Under the pieces are notes generated by a model, which was not told the DNA's origin, did no database searches, and saw only the letters and a program-made list of their open reading frames with translations. A stretch of 64,000 bases of DNA from an uncultured Novosphingobium sp. (GTDB lineage: Bacteria; Pseudomonadota; Alphaproteobacteria; Sphingomonadales; Sphingomonadaceae), in NCBI GenBank assembly GCA_964573075.1, contig CAZNII010000001.1, forward strand, positions 372 through 64,371, written 5' to 3'. Both the position numbers and the translations under genes were made by a program. Position 1 is the stretch's first letter. Each line of letters opens with the position of its first letter. Below, piece after piece: positions 53,275 to 63,630 of this stretch.

Positions 53275-53712
53275 AAGCGGCGCGGCGCGCAGGTTACCGC
53301 GCTGTGCGGCGTGTCGAAGCACCAGGCGGTCGCCGGGCTCGGCGCCGATGTGGTGCTCGATCGCCATGCCCCGCTGGAAGAAGGTGCCTACGATGCCGTG
53401 ATCGATGTGGTCGGCGGTAGCGGCTTCGGCAGTCTGCTCAGCGCCTTGCGACCGGGCGGGCGCTATGCCGTTTCCGGGGCGATTGCCGGGCCGGTGGTCG
53501 ATCTCGACCTGCGCACGCTCTACCTCAAGGACCTGACGCTCTACGGCTGCACCGCGCTCGATGATGGGGTCTTTGCCAACCTGGTCGGCTATATCGAGCG
53601 CAGCGAGATAAGGCCGGTGGTCTGCGCGACCTTCCCGCTCGAAAAAATCGAAGCCGCGCTGCGCGTCTTCCTAGAGAAGCGCCACGTCGGCAAGATCGTG
53701 CTCGAGGTCTGA
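53275..53712 (+). pseudogene. 5'-truncated MDR alcohol dehydrogenase/quinone reductase fragment
   Basis: KRRGAQVTALC...LGADVVLDR...DAVIDVVGG...GAIAGPVV...LYLKDL...KRHVGKIVL is only the C-terminal ~40% of an MDR. No N-terminal domain lies upstream. Confidence 0.7.
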
Positions 53713-55044
53713 TCAGTCGATCGTGGCGAGTTGCTCGGCAATCCGGCCGACCATCTCGTCGATGTGCGCCTTTTCGAGGATCAGCGGCGGCGACAGCGCA
53801 ACGATGTCGCCGGTCACACGGATTAGCAGGCCGTTGTCGAAGCACTTGTGGAACAGCTCCATCGCCCGCTTGGTCGGCGCGCCGGGGCGGGGCTCCAGCT
53901 CGATCCCGGCGACGATGCCCAGGTTGCGCACGTCGATCACGTGCGGCTTGCCCTTGAGCGAGTGGACCGCGTCCTCCCAATAGGGCGAAAGCTCTGCCGC
54001 GCGCTCGAACAGGCCTTCGTCGCGATAGAGATCGAGCGTCGCGATCCCGGCCGCGGCGGCAAGCGGGTGGCCGGAATAGGTGTAACCGTGGAACAGCTCG
54101 ATCCCGTCGGGCGCGCCGTTGACCACGGTATCGTGCAACTCGCGCCGCACCGCCACCGCGCCCATCGGCACCGTGGCATTGGTCAGCCCCTTGGCCATGG
54201 TGATGATGTCCGGGGTCACCCCAAGCATGTCGGAGGCGGTGGCCGCGCCGAGCCGGCCGAAAGCAGTAATCACCTCGTCGAAGATCAGCACGATCCCGTG
54301 GCGGGTGCAGATCTCGCGCAGCTTCTGCAGGTAGCCTTGCGGCGGGATCAGCACCCCGGTCGATCCGGCCATCGGCTCGACGATCACCGCAGCAATAGTC
54401 TCCGCCCCGTGCAGCGCGACAATGCGTTCCAGTTCGTCAGCCAGATGCGCGCCGTGGGCCGGTTGACCGCGGGTAAAGGCGTTGGCGGCAAGGTCATGGG
54501 TGTGGGGCAGGTGATCGACCCCGGTCAGCAGGGTGCCGAACTGGCGGCGGTTGTTGACGATCCCGCCAACCGAGATCCCGCCGAAGCCAACCCCGTGATA
54601 GCCGCGCTCGCGCCCGATCAGGCGGGTGCGGGTGCCTTCGCCCCGCGCGCGCTGATAGGCCAGCGCAATCTTCAAGGCGGTATCGACGCTTTCCGACCCG
54701 GAATTGGTGAAAAACACCCGGTCGAGCCCCTCGGGCATCAAGTCCGCAACCCGCCCGGCCAGCTCGAACGGCAGCGGATGGGCCAGCTGGAAGGTCGGCG
54801 CAAAGTCCAGCTCGCCGGCGGTCTTGCGGATCGCCTCGACGATCGGTTCGCGGCAGTGGCCGGCGTTGGAACACCACAGCCCGGCGGTGGCATCGAGGAT
54901 CTGGCGCCCGTCGCTGGAGGTGTAATGCATGTCCTTGGCAGCGGCGAGCAGGCGCGGCTGCGCCTTGAACGCGCGGTTTGCCGTGAACGGCATCCAGAAT
55001 GATGCGAGCGGATCGTTTTCGAGTCTCACGCCAGGGCTCCCCAT
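53713..55044 (-). CDS. Omega-amino acid:pyruvate aminotransferase (class III; beta-alanine-pyruvate type)
   Basis: FWMPFTANR, GLWCSNAGH, GYHGVGFGG, FDEVITAFGR, AKGLTN, FHGYTYSGHP. Confidence 0.92.
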   Translation of the reverse strand: MGSPGVRLENDPLASFWMPFTANRAFKAQPRLLAAAKDMHYTSSDGRQILDATAGLWCSNAGHCREPIVEAIRKTAGELDFAPTFQLAHPLPFELAGRVADLMPEGLDRVFFTNSGSESVDTALKIALAYQRARGEGTRTRLIGRERGYHGVGFGGISVGGIVNNRRQFGTLLTGVDHLPHTHDLAANAFTRGQPAHGAHLADELERIVALHGAETIAAVIVEPMAGSTGVLIPPQGYLQKLREICTRHGIVLIFDEVITAFGRLGAATASDMLGVTPDIITMAKGLTNATVPMGAVAVRRELHDTVVNGAPDGIELFHGYTYSGHPLAAAAGIATLDLYRDEGLFERAAELSPYWEDAVHSLKGKPHVIDVRNLGIVAGIELEPRPGAPTKRAMELFHKCFDNGLLIRVTGDIVALSPPLILEKAHIDEMVGRIAEQLATID

Positions 55045-55139
55045 CGGCAGGTCGTTCTGCCCGCTGCCATGCCGCGATCGCGGGCGGCGTGGCGATTGAA
55101 AAGAATGTTACGACCGGAAAATTCCATATGCGAATCTGC

Positions 55140-56522
55140 TCAGGCCGGTTTGCGCCGGGCCAGCCACCAGGCCGCGAAGCATACCACTGTGATTGCCGCG
55201 CTGGCCCACAGCTCGATCCGGCGGGCCGGATCAAGCGCCATCAGCACCAGCACGCCCGCCATTCCGGCAATCGCGAACACGGTGCCCCATGGATGGAACC
55301 ACATCTTCAGCTTAAGCCGTTCGGGGGTTTCAGCCTCAAACCGGTTGCGCAGCCGCAGCTGGGCCAGCGCGATCAGTCCATAGACCACCAGCATGATCGC
55401 CCCCAGCGAGTTGATCATGAAATTGAACACCAGATCGGGCGAGAGCACCGAGGCGGCGAGCGCGATATAGCTGAACACGCTGGCGATCAGGATCGCCCGG
55501 GCCGGCACCTTGCTGGCGCTGAGCTTGACGCACCATTGCGGGGCATCGCCCATCTGCGCCAGCCCGAACATCGCCCGCGAAGTGATGTAGAAGCCCGAAT
55601 TGAGGCACGATAGCACCGCGACCAGCACGATCATGTTCATGATGAAGTCGGCCTCGGGATAGCCCATTGCCCGCAAGGCGTGGGCAAAGGGCGAAACCGC
55701 GGGCTTGATCTCGTTCCACGGCACCACCGCAACGATCATCAGGATCGCCAGCATGTAGAACACCAGGATCCTGAGCGAGACCGAGATCGTCAGGTTGGCG
55801 ATCGACTTGGTCCCTTCCTCGGATTCGGCGGCGGCCAGGGTGGCGATCTCGGCACCGCACATCGCGAAAATCGTGGTGACCACCCCGGCGATAACCGCGC
55901 CGACCCCGGCCGGGGCGAACCCGCCATGGACGGTGAGGTTGGAGAGGGTCGATCCGGTGGGAGAAGTGAAGCCGAACGCGAAGGCTGCGGCAATGGCTAT
56001 GAAGGCAATGATCGCCACCACCTTGGTCGAGGCGAACCAGAATTCGAACTCGCCATAGGACTTGGCCGACATGAGGTTGACGGCGGTAAGCAGCGCCATC
56101 AGCACCACTCCGACCTGCCAGACCTGGAACTGCGGCAGCCACAGCTCGATGATGATCTTCGCGCCGGCAATCGCCTCCACCGCGATCACCACCGCCCAGA
56201 AATACCAGTAGAGCCAGCCGACCATGAACCCGGCCCAGTCGCCGATCCCCTCGCGGGCGAAATCGGGGAAGGTCTGGATCCCCGGCATCGCGATCGCCAT
56301 TTCCGAGATCATCCGCATCACCAGCATGACGAGGATCCCGGACAAGCCATAGGAAATCACCGCTGCCGGGCCGATCGTGCTGATCGCGGTGGAGGATCCG
56401 ACGAACAGCCCGGCACCGATGATCCCGCCGAATGTGATCATCGAGACGTGCCGCGACTTGAGCGAGCGGCTGAGCTGCTCGGCCGCGCGATCTTCCGTCA
56501 TTGGCCCTTGGATGGTGGTCAT
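55140..56522 (-). CDS. Amino acid permease (GabP-like)
   Basis: LKSRHVSMITFGGIIGAGLFVGS, GWLYWYFW, YGEFEFWF. Confidence 0.88.
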   Translation of the reverse strand: MTTIQGPMTEDRAAEQLSRSLKSRHVSMITFGGIIGAGLFVGSSTAISTIGPAAVISYGLSGILVMLVMRMISEMAIAMPGIQTFPDFAREGIGDWAGFMVGWLYWYFWAVVIAVEAIAGAKIIIELWLPQFQVWQVGVVLMALLTAVNLMSAKSYGEFEFWFASTKVVAIIAFIAIAAAFAFGFTSPTGSTLSNLTVHGGFAPAGVGAVIAGVVTTIFAMCGAEIATLAAAESEEGTKSIANLTISVSLRILVFYMLAILMIVAVVPWNEIKPAVSPFAHALRAMGYPEADFIMNMIVLVAVLSCLNSGFYITSRAMFGLAQMGDAPQWCVKLSASKVPARAILIASVFSYIALAASVLSPDLVFNFMINSLGAIMLVVYGLIALAQLRLRNRFEAETPERLKLKMWFHPWGTVFAIAGMAGVLVLMALDPARRIELWASAAITVVCFAAWWLARRKPA

Positions 56523-56725
56523 TCTGCCCCCGATTTTCGTTCTATCCGGTTGCTTCTTGTGCCTTTGTGCAAGCCTGTCCGCAAGCCGCGCGGGGTGCTA
56601 ATCCATATCATAAGAATGAGGCATGAAGGGCGGGGAAGGATGCTTGGGCAGTGGCGCAGAGGTACGTTGACTGACATAGGGGCTCCGCGCGGCAAGCGCA
56701 GCAGAGGACAAGGCAGGCACAAGCG

Positions 56726-59233
56726 ATGAATTCGACGGCTCGGGTAGTGGTTATCGGCGGCGGCGTGGTAGGGGTGAGCACGCTTTACCATCTGGCGAAG
56801 ATGGGCTGGAGCGATTGCATCCTGATCGAGCGCAAGGAGCTGACCTCCGGTTCGACCTGGCACGCGGCGGGGCTGCTGCCGCTGTTCAATCTGTCGTACT
56901 CGGTGGGCAAGCTGCACCAGTACTCGGTCGATCTCTATCCCAGCCTTGAGGCCGAGACCGAGCTCAACGTCGGCTTTTCCAACGTCACCAACATCCGCCT
57001 GGCCCGCACCCAGGACCGGTTCGACGAATACAAGTACTATGCCGGGGTGGCGAAGACGATCGGGGTGGAGGTCAACTTCCTCACCCCGGACCAGGTCAAG
57101 GAAGTCTGGCCGCTGTGCAATGTCGACGGGATCATCGGGGCGATCCAGCATCCGGCCGATGGCTATATCCAGCCGGCCGACCTGACCCAGGCCCTGGCCA
57201 AGGGCGCCCGCCAGCGCGGCGCGACGATCCAGCGCAATACCACCGTGACCGGAATCACCCAGAAGCCGAATGGCGAATGGGTGGTGCATACCGATCAGGG
57301 CGATATCACCTGCGAACACGTGGTTTCGGCCACCGGCAACTTCGCCCGCCAGACCGGGGCGATGATCGGGCTCGACATTCCGGTGATCCCGGTCGAGCAC
57401 CAGTACATCGTCACCGACCAGCACCCCGAGATCATGGAGCGCCGCGCCAAGGGCCTGCCCGAAATGGGCGTGCTGCGCGAAAGCGATTCAAGCTGGTACA
57501 TGCGCGAAGAAGCCGGCGGCCTGCTGCTCGGCCCCTATGAAATCGGCGCGCCGGCCTGCTATGTCGATGGCCCGGCCGCGAACAGCGAATACGAACTGTT
57601 CCCCGACGCGCTCGACCGGCTGATGCCCTATATCGAAACCGCGATCGCCCGTGTGCCGGCCTTTGGCGAAGTGGGCGTGAAGAAGGTCTACAACGGCGCG
57701 ATCGCCTATACCCCCGATGGCTCGCCGATTGTCGGTCCGGCCTGGGACCGCAAGAACTTCTGGCTCAACGAAGGCCATTCCTTCGGGATCACCGCGGCGG
57801 GCGGGGCCGGCTGGCAGCTGGCGCACTGGATCGTCGAGGGCGAGCCGACCATCGACATGATGGGCGTCGATCCGCGCCGTTTTGGCGACTATGCCGGCGA
57901 AGGCTTCCTGATCGAGAAGAACGAGGAAGCCTATGCCAAGGTCTTCACCGTCCACTACCCCGACGAAGAGCGCGAGGCTGCGCGTGGCCTGCGGCGGATG
58001 CCCTGCCATGACCGGATGAAGGATCTGGGTGCGGTTTTCGGATCGGTCTTCGGCTGGGAACGTCCGGGCTGGTTCGCACCCAAGGGCTATGAGCTGAGCG
58101 AGGCCGATCTCGACCGGCCCGACGTGCTGCTCAACCACAACCATCCCGATGTCGAAGGCGAACCGATCCGCGAAAAGTGGTCGTTCCGCCGCTCCAACTA
58201 CTTCGAGCATGTTGGCAACGAATGCCGCCACGTGATGGAAAAGGTTGGCCTTCAGGACATGAGCGCCTTCGCCAAGTGCCGGATTTCCGGCCCCGGCGCG
58301 GAAGCCTGGCTCGATGGCCTGCTGACCAATGCCGTGCCCAAGAAGACCGGCCGGGTGACGCTGTCCTACCTCCTCACCAACCGCGGCGGGGTGCGGGCCG
58401 AATTCACGGTCTACAAGGAAGGGCCGCAGAGCTATTATCTCGTCTCGGCCGGGGCCTATGAGCGGCACGATCAGGATTACCTCAAGAAGGCGCTGCCGAC
58501 CGATGGTTCGGTCACCTTCGAGCGGCTGACCACGGCAATGGGTGTGCTGGTGCTGGCCGGGCCGAAGAGCCGCGCGGTGCTGCAGAAGCTGACCCGTACC
58601 GACCTTTCGAACGAGGCTTTCCCGTGGCTGACCGGGCAGAAGATCTCGATCGGCGCGGCCCCGGTGCAGGCGCTGCGGGTCAACTTCATCGGCGAGCTGG
58701 GCTGGGAAATCCACCACCCGATCGAGATGCAGAACTACATCTTCGATCACCTGATGGAGGCCGGGGCCGAATTCGACATCAAGCCGTTCGGTATCAAGGC
58801 AATGACCTTGATGGCGCTGGAAAAGAGCTACAAGCTGATCCCGCGCGAGCTGTCGGTCGAATACAACGCCTACGAAAGCGGGCTCGACCGGTTCATCAGC
58901 CTGAAGAAGCCCGGCTTCTTCGGCAAGGATGCGCTGCGCGCGTGGAAGGACAAGGGGCTGGCGAACCAGCTGGTCACCATGGAAGTGTTCGGGGTGACCG
59001 ACGCCGATGCCCGCGGCAGCGAGCCGATCTGGCAGGGCGACGAACTGGTCGGCCGCGTCACCTCGGGCGGTTTTGGCTGGCGCGTCGGCAAGAGCCTGGC
59101 GCTGGCGATGGTCCGCCCGGATCTTGCCGTGCCCGGCACCGAGCTGGAAATCGCGATCCTGGGCGTGCGGCACAAGGCGGTGATCATTCCCGACAGCCCC
59201 TATGACCCCGAGAACAACGCACTGAGGGCCTGA
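56726..59233 (+). CDS. Dimethylglycine dehydrogenase (DAO + GcvT domains)
   Basis: GGGVVG, LTSGSTWHAAG, GWERP, FIGELGWE, GRVTSGG. 835 aa, upstream of sox. Confidence 0.88.
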   Translation: MNSTARVVVIGGGVVGVSTLYHLAKMGWSDCILIERKELTSGSTWHAAGLLPLFNLSYSVGKLHQYSVDLYPSLEAETELNVGFSNVTNIRLARTQDRFDEYKYYAGVAKTIGVEVNFLTPDQVKEVWPLCNVDGIIGAIQHPADGYIQPADLTQALAKGARQRGATIQRNTTVTGITQKPNGEWVVHTDQGDITCEHVVSATGNFARQTGAMIGLDIPVIPVEHQYIVTDQHPEIMERRAKGLPEMGVLRESDSSWYMREEAGGLLLGPYEIGAPACYVDGPAANSEYELFPDALDRLMPYIETAIARVPAFGEVGVKKVYNGAIAYTPDGSPIVGPAWDRKNFWLNEGHSFGITAAGGAGWQLAHWIVEGEPTIDMMGVDPRRFGDYAGEGFLIEKNEEAYAKVFTVHYPDEEREAARGLRRMPCHDRMKDLGAVFGSVFGWERPGWFAPKGYELSEADLDRPDVLLNHNHPDVEGEPIREKWSFRRSNYFEHVGNECRHVMEKVGLQDMSAFAKCRISGPGAEAWLDGLLTNAVPKKTGRVTLSYLLTNRGGVRAEFTVYKEGPQSYYLVSAGAYERHDQDYLKKALPTDGSVTFERLTTAMGVLVLAGPKSRAVLQKLTRTDLSNEAFPWLTGQKISIGAAPVQALRVNFIGELGWEIHHPIEMQNYIFDHLMEAGAEFDIKPFGIKAMTLMALEKSYKLIPRELSVEYNAYESGLDRFISLKKPGFFGKDALRAWKDKGLANQLVTMEVFGVTDADARGSEPIWQGDELVGRVTSGGFGWRVGKSLALAMVRPDLAVPGTELEIAILGVRHKAVIIPDSPYDPENNALRA

Positions 59234-59238
59234 TTGCG

Positions 59239-60492
59239 ATGACCCGGTTTTCCGCCTTCAGCCTGTTCGCCAAGGCGCTTGGCGCGCACAAGTCCTGGCC
59301 CGAACTGTGGCCCGATGCCGCACCCAAGCCGGCCTACGACGCGATCATCGTCGGGGCTGGCGGGCATGGCCTCGGTGCGGCCTATTACCTCGCCAGCAAG
59401 TACGGGATCCGCAACGTTGCGGTGATCGAGAAGGGCTGGCTGGGCGGCGGCAACACCGGGCGCAACACGACGATCGTGCGCTCGAACTATCTCTACGACG
59501 AAAGCGCGCACCTCTACGATCACGCGGTCAAGCTGTGGGACGGGCTGAGCCAGGACCTCAACTTCAACGTGATGTATTCGAAGCGCGGGGTGATGATGCT
59601 CGCGCACAATGTGCACGATATCCAGTCGTTCCAGCGCCACATCCATGCCAACCGGCTGAACGGGGTGGACAACGAATGGCTGACGCCCGAGCAGGCCAAG
59701 GAATATTGCCCGCCGCTCGATATCAATCCGGGTGCCCGCTACCCGATCCTGGGCGCCGCGCTGCAGCGCCGGGGCGGGACCGCGCGGCATGACAGCGTGG
59801 CCTGGGGCTATGCCCGCGCGGCGGCGGCGCTGGGGGTCGATATCATCCAGAACTGCGCGGTCACCGGCATCCGCCGCGGGCCCGACGGGGCGATCGAGGG
59901 GGTGGAAACCGAACGCGGCTTCATCGCCTCGAAGAAGGTCGGCGTTTCGGCTGCGGGCAACACCTCGGTGATCATGAAGATGGCCGGGCTCGATTTCCCG
60001 CTCGAAAGCTATCCGCTCCAGGCGCTGGTTTCGGAACCGGTCAAGCCGGTGTTCCCCTGCGTGGTCATGTCCAACACGGTCCACGCCTATATCAGCCAGT
60101 CCGACAAGGGCGAGCTGGTGATCGGCGCTGGGACCGACCAGTACGTGTCCTATTCGCAGCGCGGCGCGCTCCACATTGTCGAGCACACCCTGGCGGCGAT
60201 CTGCGAGATCTTCCCGATGTTCCGGCGGATGCGGATGCTGCGCAACTGGGGCGGGATCGTCGATGTCACCCCCGATCGCTCGCCGATCCTGGGCAAGACC
60301 CCGGTTCCCGGGCTCTACGTCAACTGCGGCTGGGGCACCGGCGGGTTCAAGGCGACGCCCGGCGCGGGTGACCTTTTGGCCTATACCATGGCCAAGGGCG
60401 AGCCGCACTGGATCAATGCTCCCTTCAACCTCGACCGGTTCCGCAATGGCCGCCTGATCGACGAAGCGGCAGCAGCCGCCGTGGCGCACTGA
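59239..60492 (+). CDS. soxB: Sarcosine oxidase beta subunit
   Basis: GAGGHG, GGGNTGRNTTIVRSNY, ARHD, GWGTGGFKATP, AAAVAH end. Confidence 0.96.
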   Translation: MTRFSAFSLFAKALGAHKSWPELWPDAAPKPAYDAIIVGAGGHGLGAAYYLASKYGIRNVAVIEKGWLGGGNTGRNTTIVRSNYLYDESAHLYDHAVKLWDGLSQDLNFNVMYSKRGVMMLAHNVHDIQSFQRHIHANRLNGVDNEWLTPEQAKEYCPPLDINPGARYPILGAALQRRGGTARHDSVAWGYARAAAALGVDIIQNCAVTGIRRGPDGAIEGVETERGFIASKKVGVSAAGNTSVIMKMAGLDFPLESYPLQALVSEPVKPVFPCVVMSNTVHAYISQSDKGELVIGAGTDQYVSYSQRGALHIVEHTLAAICEIFPMFRRMRMLRNWGGIVDVTPDRSPILGKTPVPGLYVNCGWGTGGFKATPGAGDLLAYTMAKGEPHWINAPFNLDRFRNGRLIDEAAAAAVAH

Positions 60493-60502
60493 GGGGGCGA
60501 CG

Positions 60503-60775
60503 ATGATCCTGATCCACTGCCCCTATTGCGAACAGACGCTCCCCGAGCTGGAATTCGCCTATGCCGGCGAAGCGCACATTGCTCGCCCGGCCGATCCTTC
60601 GGCCCTGTCGGATGAGGAATGGGAGAAATACCTGTTCATCCGCGCCAATCCCAAGGGCCGCCACAACGAACGCTGGCGGCACGTCCACGGCTGCGGCCGG
60701 TTCTTCAACGCGGTGCGCGATACGGTGACCGACAAGTTCGAATTGACCTACAAGGCGGGAGAACCCCGCAAATGA
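60503..60775 (+). CDS. soxD: Sarcosine oxidase delta subunit
   Basis: CPYC, EF-x-YAGEAH, RANPKG, ERWRH-x-x-GC. Confidence 0.95.
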   Translation: MILIHCPYCEQTLPELEFAYAGEAHIARPADPSALSDEEWEKYLFIRANPKGRHNERWRHVHGCGRFFNAVRDTVTDKFELTYKAGEPRK

Positions 60776-63630
60776 CCTCGCATCGTCTTGACGGCCTCGG
60801 CCGCGTCGATCGCAGCTGCCCGGTGGGCTTCACTTTCGACGGCAAGAGCTATCGCGGTTTTGCCGGAGACAGCCTGGCCTCGGCGCTGCTGGCCAACGGC
60901 GTGGTGCTGATGGGCCGTTCGTTCAAGTATCATCGCCCGCGCGGGCCGATCGGCGCGGGGGCGGAGGAGCCCAACGCGCTGGTCAGCGTCGATCGCGGCG
61001 GCGGGCGTTTCACGCCCAACCTGCGCGCGACAGCGGTGGAGATCTATGAAGGGCTCAACGCCCGCAGCCAGAACCGCTGGCCGAGCCTCGAGACCGACTT
61101 TGGCGCGATCAACGATCGGCTCGGCCGGTTCTTTCCGGCAGGCTTCTACAACAAGACCTTCATGTGGCCGCGCTCGTTCTGGGAAAAGCTCTACGAACCC
61201 GCCATCCGCCGGATGGCCGGGCTGGGCGATGCCCCGACCGAGGCCGATCCGGACGAATACTCGGCCACCTATGCCCATTGCGACGTGCTGATCGTCGGGG
61301 CGGGACCGGCCGGGATCGACGCCGCGCTGGAAGCCAGCGCCGCGCGCAAGAAGGTGATCCTGATCGACGAACAGGACCAGCTGGGCGGAGGGGCGCTGCC
61401 CGATCCGGCGCTGTGGGGCTGGCTCGAATCGAGCCTCAAGGACCTCGACCGCGCCAACGTGACCCTGCTGCCGCGGACCACGGCCTTCGGTTATTATCAT
61501 GACAACTTCATCGGCGCGGTCGAGCGGCTGACCGATCACTTCGCCCAGCCCGGGCATGGGCCGCGCGAAAAGCTGTGGCGGATCCGCGCCGGCGAAGTGA
61601 TCCTGGCCCAGGGCGCAATCGAACGCCCGCTGGTGTTCGAAGGCAACGACGTGCCGGGCGTGATGCTGTCCTCCGCGGCGCTGACCTGGCTCAATCGCTA
61701 TGGTGTGGCGGTCGGCAGCAATGTCGCGGTGATGGCGGTTCATGACAGCGGCTGGCGCGATGCCATTGCCCTGGCGCGGGCCGGGGTCGGGATCGCGGCA
61801 CTTGTCGACCTGCGTGTTACGGTCGATCCGGCGCTGCTGTCCGAAGCCAACGAACTGGGACTGCGGATCGAGCTCGGCTCGACGGTGATCGGGGTGGCCG
61901 GTCGCCATGCGGTCAAGGGCGTCGAGGTGGCGTTGGCAGGTGGCGGCAACCGTCACAAGATCGCCTGCGATGCGGTGCTGATGGCCGGCGGCTGGACTCC
62001 TTCGGTCCATCTCTGGTCGCATTCGCTCGGCAAGCTCGAATGGTCCGAAGAGTGGGGCGCCTACCTGCCCGGCAAGGCCAACGAGAACGTGCGCTGCGTC
62101 GGCGCCTGCGGCGGCAAGTGGAGCTTCGGTTCGGGCCGCAATGTCGGCGCCTTGCCGACCCCGCGCGATCCGGCCACGATCAAGGCCTTCGTCGATTACC
62201 AGAACGACGTCACGGCCAAGGACATCGCCCTGGCGATCCGCGAGGGGATGAAATCGGTCGAGCACATCAAGCGCTACACCACCAACGGGATGGCGACCGA
62301 TCAGGGCAAGACTAGCAATCTGAATGCCTTGCAGCTGGCCTCGGGCGCGCTTGGCCGGCCTGTCCAGGCGATCGGGCTGACCACGTTCCGTCCGCCCTAT
62401 ACCCCGCAGACCTTCGGGGCGCTGGCCGGCCATGCCAAGGACGCGCTGTTCCAGCCGACCCGCAAGACCGTGATCGATCCCTGGGCGGAAGCGCAGGGCG
62501 CGGTGTTCGAGCCGGTCGCCCAGTGGCGCCGCGCGCGCTACTTCCCCAGGGCGGGCGAGGACATGCACGCGGCGGTCAACCGCGAGTGCCTGGCGGTGCG
62601 CAGTTCGGTCGGGATCTTCGATGCCTCGACCCTCGGTAAGATCGAGGTGGTCGGCCCCGATGCCGCCGAATTCCTCAACCGGATGTACACCAACCCGTGG
62701 AAGCAGCTTGAGCCCGGCCGCTGCCGCTATGGCCTGCTGCTGCGCGAGGACGGGTTCATCACCGACGACGGCGTTTCCGCACGCATGGCCCCGGACCGGT
62801 TCCACCTGACCACCACCACCGGTGGCGCGGCGCGGGTGCTGAACATGATGGAGGACTACCTCCAGACCGAATGGCCCGACCTCAACGTCTGGCTGACCAG
62901 CACCACCGAACAGTGGTCGGTGATCGCGCTGCAAGGCCCCAAGGCGCGTGAGGTGATCGCTCCGCTGGTCGAGGGGATCGACCTTTCGCCCGAAGCCTTC
63001 CCGCACATGGCGGTGCGTGAAGGGACGATTTGCGGCGTACCGACGCGGCTGTTCCGGGTCAGCTTTACCGGCGAGCTCGGCTTCGAAATCAACGTGCCCT
63101 CGGCCTATGGCCTGCACGTGTGGAAACAGGTCTGGGAAGCCGGTCAGGCCCACGGCATCACGCCTTACGGTACCGAGACGATGCACGTTCTGCGCGCCGA
63201 AAAGGGCTTCATCATCGTCGGGCAGGATACCGATGGCACAGTGACGCCATTCGACGCCGGGATCGACTGGGCAGTCGGCAAGAAGAAGCCGGACTTCGTC
63301 GGCAAGCGCTCGCTGGCGCGGCCCGACATTGTCGCTTCGGGCCGCAAGCAGCTGATCGGCCTGCTGACCGACGATCCTGCCACGGTGCTGGAAGAGGGCG
63401 CTCAGATCGTTGCCGATCCGAACCAGCCGGTGCCGATGACCATGATCGGCCACGTCACCTCCAGTTATTGGAGCGCGGCGCTGGGCCGCTCGATCGCCAT
63501 GGCGCTGGTCAAGGACGGGCGCGAGCGGATCGGCGAGACGCTGCACGTGCCGATGCCCGGACGCACCATTACCGCCAAGGTTTGCGAACCGATGTTCTAC
63601 GACCCCGAAGGGAGCCGCCTCAATGGCTGA
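60772..63630 (+). CDS. soxA: Sarcosine oxidase alpha subunit
   Basis: Start MTSHRL (ATGA overlap). GDSLASALLANG, RSFKYHRPRG, KRYTTNGMATDQGK, DASTLGKI. Confidence 0.96.
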   Translation: MTSHRLDGLGRVDRSCPVGFTFDGKSYRGFAGDSLASALLANGVVLMGRSFKYHRPRGPIGAGAEEPNALVSVDRGGGRFTPNLRATAVEIYEGLNARSQNRWPSLETDFGAINDRLGRFFPAGFYNKTFMWPRSFWEKLYEPAIRRMAGLGDAPTEADPDEYSATYAHCDVLIVGAGPAGIDAALEASAARKKVILIDEQDQLGGGALPDPALWGWLESSLKDLDRANVTLLPRTTAFGYYHDNFIGAVERLTDHFAQPGHGPREKLWRIRAGEVILAQGAIERPLVFEGNDVPGVMLSSAALTWLNRYGVAVGSNVAVMAVHDSGWRDAIALARAGVGIAALVDLRVTVDPALLSEANELGLRIELGSTVIGVAGRHAVKGVEVALAGGGNRHKIACDAVLMAGGWTPSVHLWSHSLGKLEWSEEWGAYLPGKANENVRCVGACGGKWSFGSGRNVGALPTPRDPATIKAFVDYQNDVTAKDIALAIREGMKSVEHIKRYTTNGMATDQGKTSNLNALQLASGALGRPVQAIGLTTFRPPYTPQTFGALAGHAKDALFQPTRKTVIDPWAEAQGAVFEPVAQWRRARYFPRAGEDMHAAVNRECLAVRSSVGIFDASTLGKIEVVGPDAAEFLNRMYTNPWKQLEPGRCRYGLLLREDGFITDDGVSARMAPDRFHLTTTTGGAARVLNMMEDYLQTEWPDLNVWLTSTTEQWSVIALQGPKAREVIAPLVEGIDLSPEAFPHMAVREGTICGVPTRLFRVSFTGELGFEINVPSAYGLHVWKQVWEAGQAHGITPYGTETMHVLRAEKGFIIVGQDTDGTVTPFDAGIDWAVGKKKPDFVGKRSLARPDIVASGRKQLIGLLTDDPATVLEEGAQIVADPNQPVPMTMIGHVTSSYWSAALGRSIAMALVKDGRERIGETLHVPMPGRTITAKVCEPMFYDPEGSRLNG

